64,000 nucleotides of DNA from contig CBDEFM010000001.1 of the NCBI GenBank assembly GCA_965237415.1, positions 256,001-320,000 of the forward strand, written 5' to 3'. A program made the translations under genes and the position numbers. Source of the stretch: Alphaproteobacteria bacterium (GTDB lineage Bacteria; Pseudomonadota; Alphaproteobacteria; UBA828). Shown here piece by piece: positions 23,430-33,660 of this stretch; the first letter of the stretch is position 1, and each line of letters opens with the position of its first letter. The notes under the pieces were generated by a model. It worked only from the letters and a program-made list of their open reading frames with translations, was not told the origin of the DNA and made no database searches.

Positions 23430-23842
23430 CCGATGAAGAACGCCGTCAACAGAACTGGGTGGAACTCCGGGCAGACTGCACGGCGCAAGGAATCTTCGAT
23501 CTCATTGTGAACGCCGTGAAGCGCGACGTTGAGCGATTCAACAAACTCCCTCCGCAGAGGCGCCGAGACCGAACCTTCAAGCTCGAACAGAATGAACGGG
23601 AAATCGTTGGTGTCGCTCAAGTGAACGATTCCGGGGAGTGGATAAAAGGGCTGATGGGCATAAACATTGAAAAGACCGGAGCGACTATTAGGGTATGGCG
23701 CAACCGAGATTGTCAATTTGCGGTCGAACAGGAATGGAATGAAGAGACGCTCGCCTGCGACCTGAAGATCGACGGTAAGCGCTATTCGGTCTGGCAGATC
23801 AGTCAGAAGGCGATCGGTGACCTGCTGTTCGGCTATGGCTGA
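23426..23842 (+). CDS. Hypothetical passenger protein
   Basis: Overlaps the transposase stop and the MTase start. Confidence 0.65.
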   Translation: MTDEERRQQNWVELRADCTAQGIFDLIVNAVKRDVERFNKLPPQRRRDRTFKLEQNEREIVGVAQVNDSGEWIKGLMGINIEKTGATIRVWRNRDCQFAVEQEWNEETLACDLKIDGKRYSVWQISQKAIGDLLFGYG

Positions 23843-25244
23843 TCCCAACTTCGCGAGCGGCACGGTCTGGACGGGCGACAACCTCGCGGTCATGCGGGGC
23901 ATGAACAGTGGGTGCGTCGATCTGATCTACTTGGACCCGCCGTTCAACTCCAATCGGCACTACGAGGCGCCGATAGGGAGCAAGGCCGCCGGGGCCTCGT
24001 TCAAGGACGCATGGACCCTGGACGACGTTGACGTGTGCGAGCATGGCGAACTAGCCGATCGCAACCCAGCGGCATACTGTGTCATCGAAGCGGCACGCAT
24101 GGCGCATGGAAAGTCCATGCAATCATACTTGATCTTCATGGCGGTACGGTTGCTGGAAATGAGGCGCATCCTAAAGCCCACGGGCAGCATCTATTTGCAC
24201 TGCGATCCGACTGCGAGCCATTACCTGAAGTTACTAATGGACAGTATTTTTGGACAAGACAGCTTTCGTAATGAAATTGTGTGGCAACGGACGCCCGCGA
24301 AGGCGTTGATGACCACGCGGCTGGCGACCAACCATGATATTTTGTTTGTTTATCAGATGGCAGAGCGTGCAACATGGAATGCAGACGCAGCCTTCATCCC
24401 ATATGATCCGAACAACCTCGACAGTCGGACGGCTTCTAAATATCGGCACTTAGATGCCGACGGGCGGGTGTACCGTCTTGATAACTTGACTAATCCGAAC
24501 AGAAATAGGCCGAACCTAACATACGAATTCATGGGCGTTACTCGTGTATGGCGCTGGACACAAGAACGAATGCTAGAAGCGTATGACGCGGGATTGATCG
24601 TTCAAAACAAGCCGGGAGGTGTGCCTCAGCTAAAGCGGTATTTGGATGAGCAGAAGGGACGGCCAGTCGGAGATGTATGGGCAGATATTCCGCCTATAAA
24701 TTCGCAAGCGAAGGAGCGGATAGGCTATCCCACTCAAAAGCCCTTAGCCTTGCTAAGGCGGATCATTACACTGAGTACCTATCCCGATGATTTTGTGCTT
24801 GATCCCTTCTGCGGTTGCGCCACGGCCCTTGTCGCGGCGGATCGGCTCCAACGGAAGTGGGCCGGTATCGACCTCTCGCCGCTCGCCATAAAGCTAGTTA
24901 ACGAGAGAATCGCGGGAGATCGGGCAGCCACCAAGGAGGCCGAACACAACCCCGTGATCGGCGGCTCCCTGTTCCGCGTAACAGCCCTGACAGAGCCCCC
25001 CAGCCGAACGGACCTAGGAGACCTTCCCAACTACCGGACACACCGGCACCGCCTCTACGGCGTACAGGAGGGCGTCTGCGCAGGCTGCGAGACGCACTTC
25101 CCGTTCCGCGTCATGGACGTTGACCACATGCTGCCCCGCTCACGCGGTGGGACGGATCATCCCGACAATCTTCAACTGCTCTGCTCCGGTTGCAACCGGA
25201 GCAAGGGCGGTAAAACGATGGCCGAATGGAGGGCCGCGCAGTGA
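23835..25244 (+). CDS. N6/N4 DNA methyltransferase fused to a C-terminal HNH endonuclease
   Basis: YLDPPF, YPTQKP, DPFCGC; CAGC...DH..PRSRGG..NLQLLCSGCN..K. Confidence 0.9.
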   Translation: MADPNFASGTVWTGDNLAVMRGMNSGCVDLIYLDPPFNSNRHYEAPIGSKAAGASFKDAWTLDDVDVCEHGELADRNPAAYCVIEAARMAHGKSMQSYLIFMAVRLLEMRRILKPTGSIYLHCDPTASHYLKLLMDSIFGQDSFRNEIVWQRTPAKALMTTRLATNHDILFVYQMAERATWNADAAFIPYDPNNLDSRTASKYRHLDADGRVYRLDNLTNPNRNRPNLTYEFMGVTRVWRWTQERMLEAYDAGLIVQNKPGGVPQLKRYLDEQKGRPVGDVWADIPPINSQAKERIGYPTQKPLALLRRIITLSTYPDDFVLDPFCGCATALVAADRLQRKWAGIDLSPLAIKLVNERIAGDRAATKEAEHNPVIGGSLFRVTALTEPPSRTDLGDLPNYRTHRHRLYGVQEGVCAGCETHFPFRVMDVDHMLPRSRGGTDHPDNLQLLCSGCNRSKGGKTMAEWRAAQ

Positions 25245-25420
25245 CCGACAAACCCCGCAAGCGCAAGCTGCCGAAGCCCAGGACGATCACGCTGCCCGAT
25301 CAGAGCTACCAGCCGCCGAAGGCGGAGCAGGAGAAAGAGCACGACATGCCGGGTGCGTCCAAGAAGACGGTGCGCCGTGCATTCTTCCGTCCGGTCAACG
25401 TCCGCCGCGAGGACGGATGA
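25241..25420 (+). CDS. Small basic hypothetical passenger protein
   Basis: GTG start overlaps upstream stop; stop overlaps next ATG. Confidence 0.5.
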   Translation: MTDKPRKRKLPKPRTITLPDQSYQPPKAEQEKEHDMPGASKKTVRRAFFRPVNVRREDG

Positions 25421-25758
25421 AGGGGAAGAAATATAGAAGGCAGATGAAGCGCCTGCGGAAGATGCTGGCCGATGGAACGCGCTACCAGGGCGGGGCGTAC
25501 AAAGACGGCAAGAGGCATGGCCCTTGGGTGGCAATCCGTCGTAATGGGACTGTTGTGGTGTGCGAGTACAAGGAGGGCGCGATGGTTGGCCGTCCTCGCA
25601 AACTCAAGAAGGGTCATTGGCCGCCGGTCATAGCTACGGTGCGGGCCCAAGGCTCTGTTTCAGCACGGAGCTGGGGCCACGCGAGGATGCACGGCCCACC
25701 TCTTCGGGGTGGGAGGGCTGACGGCAATCAGGTGTCGCGACTACGATTCACAATGTGA
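25417..25758 (+). CDS. Hypothetical protein with MORN-like motif
   Basis: YQGGAYKDGKRHGPWV; stop lies in right TIR. Confidence 0.5.
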   Translation: MKGKKYRRQMKRLRKMLADGTRYQGGAYKDGKRHGPWVAIRRNGTVVVCEYKEGAMVGRPRKLKKGHWPPVIATVRAQGSVSARSWGHARMHGPPLRGGRADGNQVSRLRFTM

Positions 25759-25810
25759 CTATTCGATATAATCCCCGAACTTTTCGTACAGAACACTAGC
25801 ACCGGAGGAC

Positions 25811-26179
25811 ATGGACATGTTGAAGACACTAATGTGGGCGACAGTAAGCGTGATCGCCATAGTGGCAACCACAGAAAACCTGACGGGCGCTGACGGCACT
25901 AAGGCTGACACCTGGGCCAAGCAGATAGCAGAGAAGGACCCGCGGAACGCAAATTGGAGGGCGCTGAAAGCTCGCAAGATGAGCGTGGGTCTGATAGAGC
26001 AGCAGTGCCGCAAATACATCAACGGACCACGCAAGGCAGAGGCATTAGACGAGGTAGCCTCACAGCTGTACCACTGGCGAGAGACTGCATACGACATCGC
26101 GGATGCCATGAACTACGACCACATACCGACTGCAAGGACCCTGTGCATGGACTTGAAGACCTTGAGCATCATACGCTGA
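25811..26179 (+). CDS. Hypothetical, probably exported protein
   Basis: GGAGG RBS, hydrophobic N-terminus, lower GC. Confidence 0.65.
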   Translation: MDMLKTLMWATVSVIAIVATTENLTGADGTKADTWAKQIAEKDPRNANWRALKARKMSVGLIEQQCRKYINGPRKAEALDEVASQLYHWRETAYDIADAMNYDHIPTARTLCMDLKTLSIIR

Positions 26180-26220
26180 CCAAATAGCGCTCCGCCCTAC
26201 CCATAGGCGTTGAACGCTGG

Positions 26221-26311
26221 CTGTTGTTCGGCGAGTGGTTGCGCGCCGATCGACGCGATAAGCTATTGAAGTGGCTTGATATTGGGGGTCAAAATTGCAC
26301 GCCGAACAACA
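26221..26311 (+). repeat. ~92-bp repeat R2
   Basis: TGTTGTTCGGCG...CGCCGAACAACA ends; aligns with R1 and R3. Confidence 0.78.
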
Positions 26312-26349
26312 ATAGAAGAAGGGGCAATGCGGTGGGAGGGCATCGCCGG

Positions 26350-27102
26350 ATGACAGAAATGAAACTGACGATCGATCTGCAAAGTTTTTCACCGAAGAAC
26401 GAAGTGCGGAAGCGAGGAATCGCGACCACGCTGGAATCGACGTTCGAAGCCTTCATGTCGGTGTTCGAAAGGCAACCGGATGCGGGTGTGAACGTGGCAT
26501 GGTGGGGATCGCCGAAGCCGCCGAGGACGTTGTTCGACCGTCGGCCGTACGAGATACGGCTGACAGCCCGGGGAAACGGCTGGCCGCAGTACGCCTATCA
26601 GTTTGCCCACGAGCTGTGCCACGTGATGACCAACTTTGATCGTGTCAAGGAACACCGGCACAAATGGTTCGAGGAAAGCCTGTGCGAGCTTGCCTCGCTC
26701 TTCGTGCTCTACAGGCTTGCCAAAGCATGGGCGGCCGATCCGCCTGCCGGAATAAGCGCAGCCGGGAGTTATGCCCCCGCCCATGCGGAGTACGCGCGGA
26801 GCGAGATGGGAAAGTCCGCTCCCGTACCGCGATCGGGACTTCCGGCGTGGATGAAAGCCAACATCGGCACGATGGAGGAGAACAGCACGAAACGTTGTCT
26901 CAATCGGGTTGTTGCGGTCGCACTCCTGGATTGTTTCCGGCAAGACCCCGCGCTCTGGCGGGACTGCGCGTGCCTGAATTTCTGGGATGCCAGCAAGGAC
27001 CCGACATTCGCGGCGTATCTCGACTCGTGGGACGGGATTCTCAGCGGTCGGGGCGCCGTGCCGGGAGCGACGCCAAGCCTTGTGAGGGCACTGGTTCTTT
27101 GA
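26350..27102 (+). CDS. Hypothetical HExxH zinc-metallopeptidase-like protein
   Basis: YQFAHELCH...WFEESLCE. Confidence 0.7.
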   Translation: MTEMKLTIDLQSFSPKNEVRKRGIATTLESTFEAFMSVFERQPDAGVNVAWWGSPKPPRTLFDRRPYEIRLTARGNGWPQYAYQFAHELCHVMTNFDRVKEHRHKWFEESLCELASLFVLYRLAKAWAADPPAGISAAGSYAPAHAEYARSEMGKSAPVPRSGLPAWMKANIGTMEENSTKRCLNRVVAVALLDCFRQDPALWRDCACLNFWDASKDPTFAAYLDSWDGILSGRGAVPGATPSLVRALVL

Positions 27103-27198
27103 GAAGGGTGGTGTGCCGAGTCCAGTGTCCTGTTTCATAAATTACTAGTCACGATTGTTGTTCTGTGATTCGTTATGCCTCGGGTTGTCGATCTGGAG

Positions 27199-27291
27199 TG
27201 TTGTTAAGCACGCTTTGTTGACCCCCCGGAATCCAGCCAGATCAATGGATTACCGCGTCGATCGGCGCCGAACCCGCGCGCCGATCAACAA
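27199..27291 (-). repeat. ~92-bp repeat R3 (inverted relative to R1 and R2)
   Basis: Reverse complement aligns without gaps to R1. Confidence 0.8.
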
Positions 27292-27629
27292 CCGGTTGCC
27301 GACGCAATGAAATTCTGACGCTGCGCTGGGAATTTATCGATTGTGGATTTCCTGCAAGGCGAGAATTTGCATAACTGATTGTAACCAATCTATTTATTCT
27401 ATTTCTCGCCGCCGCCTGGAAGACGGTTTCCTGCACTGTTCAACACTATTTCAACACGGGACCTCCGGTCATGAGCGAGCGCATCCCGGGCGCCGCACGC
27501 CGCAAAGGTAACCGTTCGGCGGCCCTTTCAATTACCCACATCTTGGTATTTTTAGTGTCTTGCCACAATTTGTTGTGTTTGTGGAGTAGAGCGTGATTCC
27601 TTGTCCGGCACCGAATCGGGAACGGAGAG

Positions 27630-28223
27630 GTGCGGATCATGGAGCAACGTTGGTTCGACGAGGAACTATCGGGTTGCCAGCTTGGCGACGGTCGTCTGGA
27701 TAGTCGCCTTCGCCAACTGGTGGAGCGCATGGATGCCGGGTTCGGCGAGAGCATTCCTCTTGCCTGCCAGGACTGGGCCAGCACGAAGGCGGCGTACCGC
27801 TTCTTCTCCAACGACCGGGTGAGCGAAGAAGATATTCTTCGGGGCCATTTCGACGCAACGCGGCGCCGGTTCGTCGCCAGCGACGGCCCGATGCTGGTTC
27901 TTCACGACACGACGGAGTTTACATGGAAACGTAGGCGTTCCGAGGCAGTGGGCTTCACCACGAAGGTAAGCAGCGGCAAGGACAAGCGCGGTCGCGAGCG
28001 CATGCACACGGTCTGCGGGCTATTGATGCATTCGAGCCTGGTGGCGACGACGGATGGGTTGCCGCTGGGAATAGCCGCGGCCAAGTTCTGGACCCGGAAG
28101 AAGTTCAAGGGCACGAACGCCCTCAGGAGGAGGATCAACCCAACGCGCGTGCCGATCGAGGGCAAGGAGAGCATGCGCTGGCTGGACAACCTGCGTCGGC
28201 GGCCGGGGGATTTCAGCGATTGA
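27630..28223 (+). pseudogene. Truncated IS4-family (IS50/Tn5-like) transposase
   Basis: LGDGRLDSRL, TKAAYRFFSN, LHDTTE, KESMRW; C-terminal half absent; possible end CTTTCAATTACCCACA at 27525-27540. Confidence 0.85.
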
Positions 28224-28500
28224 GGGTTCGCTTCCAATCCCTTCTGAGGGGCCGGAGCCAGATGTCCTTTTTCGGCTGGGCGCGTTTCATGTGCCTGTCG
28301 TAGCGCCCGCGATCCTGGGTGGTTCCGACACGGATCCAGCCCGATGCCCTGTACGGCGCCGGTGTAGCGCGGGGTCTCGACGAAGGTCTCGATGAGCACG
28401 GGCGTTGTGTTGTAGCGCTCGGTCCAGTCCTCGGGCAGGCGGCGGCGGACGATGGCGAGGATGTGCGAGCCGAGGTTGGGGATCGTGATCCATGGGATTC
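28213..28500 (-). pseudogene. DUF4338/DruA-like C-terminal remnant
   Basis: NLGSHIL...DW.ERY...VLIETFVE..R.TG; frameshifted. Confidence 0.65.
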
Positions 28501-28803
28501 CAGGACAGGTGGTGTACGATAACGGGCGGGATCGGATTCAGGCTGACGGCGCGGTGGGAGGCGTACTGATCCTCACGATCGCGTTCGACGCGAGCGGCAT
28601 CGGAAGGCAAGAAAGGGGATAACGTGTTCCGGGGCACACAACAGACTGGTGCGTGGCGTGGACGAGTGCACCCCCATCATCAAGCCGGCTCACAACGGTG
28701 GCGCGCGGGTCGGCGTGCACCCCGCGCGCCGGACCACGACCACTTGCAAGACCGGCCCCCTACGGCTGGCATCGCCGCCCGGAATAGGCCCGTGCGCTCC
28801 ACC

Positions 28804-31800
28804 ATGGCTCGCGGGACCGCAGCCGCGCTGCTCACGCTGGCCGTGCTGTTGGGCGTGGCCCTGCCGGGTTCCCCCGCCTACGCGAGCGACGTGCTGTGGG
28901 AGGCCTCGTTGACGGTGGGCAACTACCTGACTGCGGACGAGCCGCATTCGGAGAGGGAACGAGGTTTTCGCAGGGAGTATTGCGTTCCGGAATCCTGGGG
29001 GTCGTACCTCGGTGAGGATTGGTCAAATCTTCTTGAAGAGGATCGATCCAATTATGATATGTGCTATGGCAGCATTTCCGACCGTACGTTCGAAGTGGAT
29101 GGAAGGACCTACACGCTGGAAGGTGTATTTCACTGGGTTTCCGACGAAGTGTTCCTACTCGAATTCACGAGATCGGTCGATATGACCCCGCTGTTGGGCA
29201 AGGAGTTCATCGTCAACGGGGTCACGTTCCGGATGGCAGACGGGAGCTTCCCGGCTGGCAATAGAGGCGACGGCATCGTCTGGCATGCACCCCAATGGAA
29301 CGCCGCCATGGGCTGGGAGGTGGGTTCCACCATCTCGGTGCAAATCAAGGAGTCGGGGCCGCTGACGGCAAAATTCCGGAACCTGCCGAACAGCCACAAC
29401 CGGGAGCCGGCCCTTTTGGGGCTGTATCCGTTTGCCTTTCTGCTTGAGTTCAGCGAGGAGGTCGCGGTCGACGCGGACACCTTGCGCTCGGTGCTGACAG
29501 TGACAGGCGGCGAGATGACCGGCATCGCGCGGCGATATCCGCCGAGGAACCAGATCTGGCGGATCACCGTGCAGCCGGCCTCGCTGGTCGCACCGGTGAT
29601 GCTCACGCTGACGGCGAAGGCGAGCTGCGAGGACGATGGGGCCATCTGCACCGCGGACGGCCGCCGCATGGCCGAGGCGGTCGAGGCCGAGGTGCCGGGC
29701 GCCCCGCCGCCCCGGGTGACGAATGTGGCGATACCGGGATCGTCGGGTCCCGGAGAGAACGGCACCTGGGACACGGGCGAGATCGTCCTTGCGCAGGTGA
29801 GCTTCAGCGTGCCGGTGACATTGGTGAAGCCTGGGGGCAGGGAACCGACCCTCGGCATCCTGCTCGACGGTATGCGCCGCGAGGCGGCGTACTGGACCAG
29901 AACCGAACGGACCCTCCTGTTCCGCTACACGGTGACCGCGGAGGACGACGGGGCGCGCAACGCGTGGGTGGTGTCGAACGGGCTGTCGCTCAACGGTACG
30001 ACCCTCCGTGACGAGATCGACCGGGACGCGAATCTCGGCTTCTCTATCGCGCCGCCCCTCCCCGGGCTTTCGGTAGCGGATGTCACGGTGACGGAGGCCG
30101 CAGGCGCGACGGCGGATTTCGTGGTGACCCTGAGCCCGGCGGCGTCGGAGACGGTGACGGTGGACTACGCCACCTCGGACGGCACCGCGACCGCGGGGGC
30201 GGACTACACGGACACCTCGGGGACGCTCACCTTCAACGCCGGCGAGACCTCGAAGACGGTCTCGGTGCCGGTGGTCGATGACGCCCACGAGGACAGCGGA
30301 GAGACCTTCACGCTGACGCTCAGCAACGCGTCGGGCGGCGAGGCGTATCTTGCCGACGCAAGCGCGACCGGGGCTATCGAGAACGACGACCCCGCGGTGG
30401 AAGCGACGCCGCTGACGGCGGAGGTCCGGGACATTTCCGTGGAGGCCCACGATGGGAGCACGGCGTTCACCTTCGAGCTTCGCTTCAGCGAGGACGTAAC
30501 GGGCCTGAGCTACGCGACGCTACGCAATTCCGCGTTCTCGGTAACGAACGGGCAGGTGACGCGGTCGCGACGCCTCGTGCAAGGGAAGAACAGACGCTGG
30601 GAAATCACCGTCGCGCCCGACGGCAACGACGACGTCACCATCACGCTGCCGGCGACGACGGACTGCGCGGCCACGGGCGCCATCTGCAACGAAGACGGCC
30701 GTCCACTCTCGGCGGCGGTCACGGCGACGGTCCCGCATACGGCGCAGGCGCAGACGGACACGCCCCCGCCGCCGGACTTCCGGGTCCGGTTCGAGGACAT
30801 TCCGGCCGTGCATGACGGGACGAGCGCGATCGTCTTCAAGGTCAAGTTCAACACGAAGCCCAAGGCCAGCTACAGCTACGTCACGATGCGCGACGGCACG
30901 CTGGTCGTCCGGCAGGGCGGAGCGGCCATTGCGGTCACGCGGGCCAAACGCCTCAACAAGCCGCACAACGACCAGTGGGAGATCACGGTCAATCCGGTGT
31001 CGAAGGCGAACATGACGGTCGCGATCCGGCAGACCGCCTCGTGTAGCGAGACGGGCGCGATCTGCACGGAGACGGACGAGCCGCTCGCGAATGGCGGGCT
31101 CTCGCAGACGATCCTCGGCCCGCCGGGGCTCCGGGTGATGGATGCGGAGGTGCGGGAGGCCGCGGACGCGACGGTGGATTTCTCGGTCATCCTGAGCCCC
31201 GTGTCGTCGGCGACGGTGACGGTGAACTACGCCACCGCGGACGACACGGCCACCGCGGGCTCGGACTACACGGCCACGTCGGGGACGCTGACCTTCGAGC
31301 CGGGCGTCACCTTAAAGAGGGTGTCGGTGCCGGTGCTCGACGACGTCCTTGACGATGACGGGGAGACGTTCACGCTGACCTTGAGCAATCCCTCGGGGGC
31401 GAATGCGTATCTGGTGGACGCCACGGCCACGGGCACCATCCGGAACTCCGACCCGCTACAGCAAGCGTGGCTGGCGCGGTTCGGCCGCACGGTGGCCGAC
31501 CAGGTGATCGAGGCGGTGCAGGGCCGTATTCAGGCGCCGCCGCGTCCCGGGGTCGCGGTGAGTCTCGCCGGCCAGGCGATCGGCGGCGACGGATCGTTGT
31601 CCGGGGCCGGTTCCGCGGAGCCGGACGGCGCGGACGCGCGGGCGTCGCTGGCCGAGGAGACCGAGGCCCGGTCGCGGCTGGAGACGATGTCGAACTGGTT
31701 GCAGGGCGAGAATGAGGAGGATGGCAGTCGGGCCGGGTTCCGGTCACGCAGCGTGACGGAACGCGACCTGCTGACCGGGACGTCGTTCTCGCTGACGGGC

Positions 31801-33003
31801 GAGGCCGCGGCGGACGGCGGCTACGCGTCGCTGTGGGGCCGGGGCGCGGTCTCAAGCTTCGACGGCCGCGACGGCGACCTCACGCTCGACGGCGAGGTGA
31901 CGAGCGCCATGCTCGGGGCGGACTGGACGCGCGACCCCGGATCGGGGTCCGGGGCAGGTGCGTGGACCGCCGGGCTTCTGGTGTCGCATTCGCGCGGCGA
32001 CGGCAGCTACCGGGGCGAGGGCGAGGGCAAGGTCGAGAGCGCGCTGACCGGGCTCTATCCCTATGGGCGCTATGCGGTGAGCGACCGCGTGACGGTCTGG
32101 GGCGTGGCCGGCTACGGGTCGGGCACGCTCACGCTGACGCCGAAGAACCCGGTGGAGGGCGAGGACGACAGGCCGATCGAGACCGATATGAGCCTGACGA
32201 TGGGCGCGGTGGGCGTGCGCGGGGTGATGATCGAGGCGCCGGCCGAAGGCGGCCCGGAACTCGCGGTCAAGTCGGACGCGATGATGGTGCGCACGAGCTC
32301 GGAGGCGGCAAGCGGCAGCGGCGGCAATCTCGCGGCGGCGGAGGCCGACGTGACCCGTCTGCGGCTCGGTCTGGAGGGGAGCTGGCGCGGCATCGAGGCC
32401 GGCGGCGGCGAACTGACGCCGCGTCTCGAGATCGGGCTTCGCCATGACGGCGGCGATGCCGAGACCGGCTTCGGCCTCGACCTCGGTGGCGGGCTTGCCT
32501 GGTCGCATCCGGCGAGCGGGGTCTCGGCCGAGCTCAGCGGGCGCGGCTTGCTGACCCACGAGGCCGGCGGCTTCCGCGACCGTGGTATCTCGGGCTCGCT
32601 CGGCTGGGATCCGCGGCCGGAGACCGGGCGCGGGGTGAGCCTCACGCTGACCCAGACGCTGGGTGCGTCGGCCTCGGGCGGCATGGACGCGCTCTTGTCG
32701 CGCGGCACCCTGGCGGATCTGGCGGCCAACGACGACGGGGCGGACGATCTGCAGCGCCGCCGTCTGGAGCTCCGGCTCGGCTACGGCGTCTCCGCCTTCG
32801 GGGACCGGTTCACGGCGACGCCGGAGATCGGGCTCGGCCTGTCGGACAGCGCGCGCGACTACAGCCTCGGCTGGCGGCTCGGTCTCGACCGGTCCGGACC
32901 GAACGCGCTCGAACTCCGGCTCGAGGCGACGCGGCGCGAGAGCGCAAACGACAACGCGGACCCGGAGCACGGCATCGGGTTCAAGCTGACGGCGAGCTGG
33001 TGA
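28804..33003 (+). CDS. Autotransporter adhesin 1 (Calx-beta/Ig-like repeats, C-terminal beta-barrel)
   Basis: Signal MARGTAAALLTLAVLLG...AYA; VTVDYATSDGTATAGADY Calx-beta; AWLARFGRTVA linker; terminal W. Confidence 0.88.
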   Translation: MARGTAAALLTLAVLLGVALPGSPAYASDVLWEASLTVGNYLTADEPHSERERGFRREYCVPESWGSYLGEDWSNLLEEDRSNYDMCYGSISDRTFEVDGRTYTLEGVFHWVSDEVFLLEFTRSVDMTPLLGKEFIVNGVTFRMADGSFPAGNRGDGIVWHAPQWNAAMGWEVGSTISVQIKESGPLTAKFRNLPNSHNREPALLGLYPFAFLLEFSEEVAVDADTLRSVLTVTGGEMTGIARRYPPRNQIWRITVQPASLVAPVMLTLTAKASCEDDGAICTADGRRMAEAVEAEVPGAPPPRVTNVAIPGSSGPGENGTWDTGEIVLAQVSFSVPVTLVKPGGREPTLGILLDGMRREAAYWTRTERTLLFRYTVTAEDDGARNAWVVSNGLSLNGTTLRDEIDRDANLGFSIAPPLPGLSVADVTVTEAAGATADFVVTLSPAASETVTVDYATSDGTATAGADYTDTSGTLTFNAGETSKTVSVPVVDDAHEDSGETFTLTLSNASGGEAYLADASATGAIENDDPAVEATPLTAEVRDISVEAHDGSTAFTFELRFSEDVTGLSYATLRNSAFSVTNGQVTRSRRLVQGKNRRWEITVAPDGNDDVTITLPATTDCAATGAICNEDGRPLSAAVTATVPHTAQAQTDTPPPPDFRVRFEDIPAVHDGTSAIVFKVKFNTKPKASYSYVTMRDGTLVVRQGGAAIAVTRAKRLNKPHNDQWEITVNPVSKANMTVAIRQTASCSETGAICTETDEPLANGGLSQTILGPPGLRVMDAEVREAADATVDFSVILSPVSSATVTVNYATADDTATAGSDYTATSGTLTFEPGVTLKRVSVPVLDDVLDDDGETFTLTLSNPSGANAYLVDATATGTIRNSDPLQQAWLARFGRTVADQVIEAVQGRIQAPPRPGVAVSLAGQAIGGDGSLSGAGSAEPDGADARASLAEETEARSRLETMSNWLQGENEEDGSRAGFRSRSVTERDLLTGTSFSLTGEAAADGGYASLWGRGAVSSFDGRDGDLTLDGEVTSAMLGADWTRDPGSGSGAGAWTAGLLVSHSRGDGSYRGEGEGKVESALTGLYPYGRYAVSDRVTVWGVAGYGSGTLTLTPKNPVEGEDDRPIETDMSLTMGAVGVRGVMIEAPAEGGPELAVKSDAMMVRTSSEAASGSGGNLAAAEADVTRLRLGLEGSWRGIEAGGGELTPRLEIGLRHDGGDAETGFGLDLGGGLAWSHPASGVSAELSGRGLLTHEAGGFRDRGISGSLGWDPRPETGRGVSLTLTQTLGASASGGMDALLSRGTLADLAANDDGADDLQRRRLELRLGYGVSAFGDRFTATPEIGLGLSDSARDYSLGWRLGLDRSGPNALELRLEATRRESANDNADPEHGIGFKLTASW

Positions 33004-33660
33004 GGGCGCGGCGATGCGTCCCCTCGCCCACCCGTTCCGCGGAGCCGGCGCCCGGACCTCAGGCCCGGGTGACCTTCCAGAGGACCTTGCCGACGATATG
33101 GATGTCCGCGGCAAGGCAGGTATAGGCCGGGTAGCCCGGGTTGACCGAGAGCAGGCGCAGGCTCGGCGGGCCCGGCTCGCGGACCGGCTCGACGCGCTTG
33201 ACGACGAGGCCGTCGCCGTCCCACAGCACGAACAGCTCGCCGGCGCCGGGCATGGTGCGCCCGGTGTCGACCACCAGGCGGTCGCCCTCGCGCAGCTCCG
33301 GCTCCATGGAGATGCCGCGCACCTTGATGATGCGCAAGGCCCCGGGCTCGGCGTCGCCCTCGTGGCGGATCATCGCCTCGGGGAGCCGCCAGCGGGCCTT
33401 CTCAAGCACGAAGTCGTCGTTCCAGGCGCCGGGTCCGGCGGCGGCCTCGATCTCCATCTCGGCGACGCCGGTGGTGCGGGGCCGGGTACCGCGGTCCTTC
33501 TTCTTCCAGGGCTTGGGGGCCGGGAGCTCGGCATGGCGCAGCCCGGCCGGATCGCAGTCGAGCAGCGTGCCGAGCGCCTCGCTGTCCTGGAAGGAGAGCA
33601 CGCGGGGCATGCCGCGGGCGAGATATTGCTGGAGATAGGCCTTGTTGCGGCCGATGGCGA
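31463..33660 (+). repeat. ~2.2-kb direct repeat of ~50016-52202
   Basis: Near-identical beta-barrel coding region, intergenic region and repressor 3' part. Confidence 0.92.
33059..33660 (-). pseudogene. 5'-truncated copy of the S24 repressor
   Basis: Near-identical to 51601-52202 but lacks the first ~25 codons. Confidence 0.85.

Larger units (their letters stand above)
22360..25776 (+). mobile_element. Complete IS1595-family element with passenger genes
   Basis: 25-bp TIRs GGG(A/G)ATTATATCGAATAGTCACATT (22360-22384, 25752-25776); 8-bp target duplication GAACTTTT (22352-22359, 25777-25784). Confidence 0.93.

Noticed and set aside
22231-27225. GGGGTCAACA inverted pair as Tn3-like ends of a 5-kb transposon
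   Set aside because: No target duplication; the match is internal to the longer R1/R3 repeats and a third copy lies between.
22165-27291. Repeats as integron attC sites
   Set aside because: No RYYYAAC/GTTRRRY cores abutting gene ends; upstream integrases have arm-binding domains and do not look like IntI.
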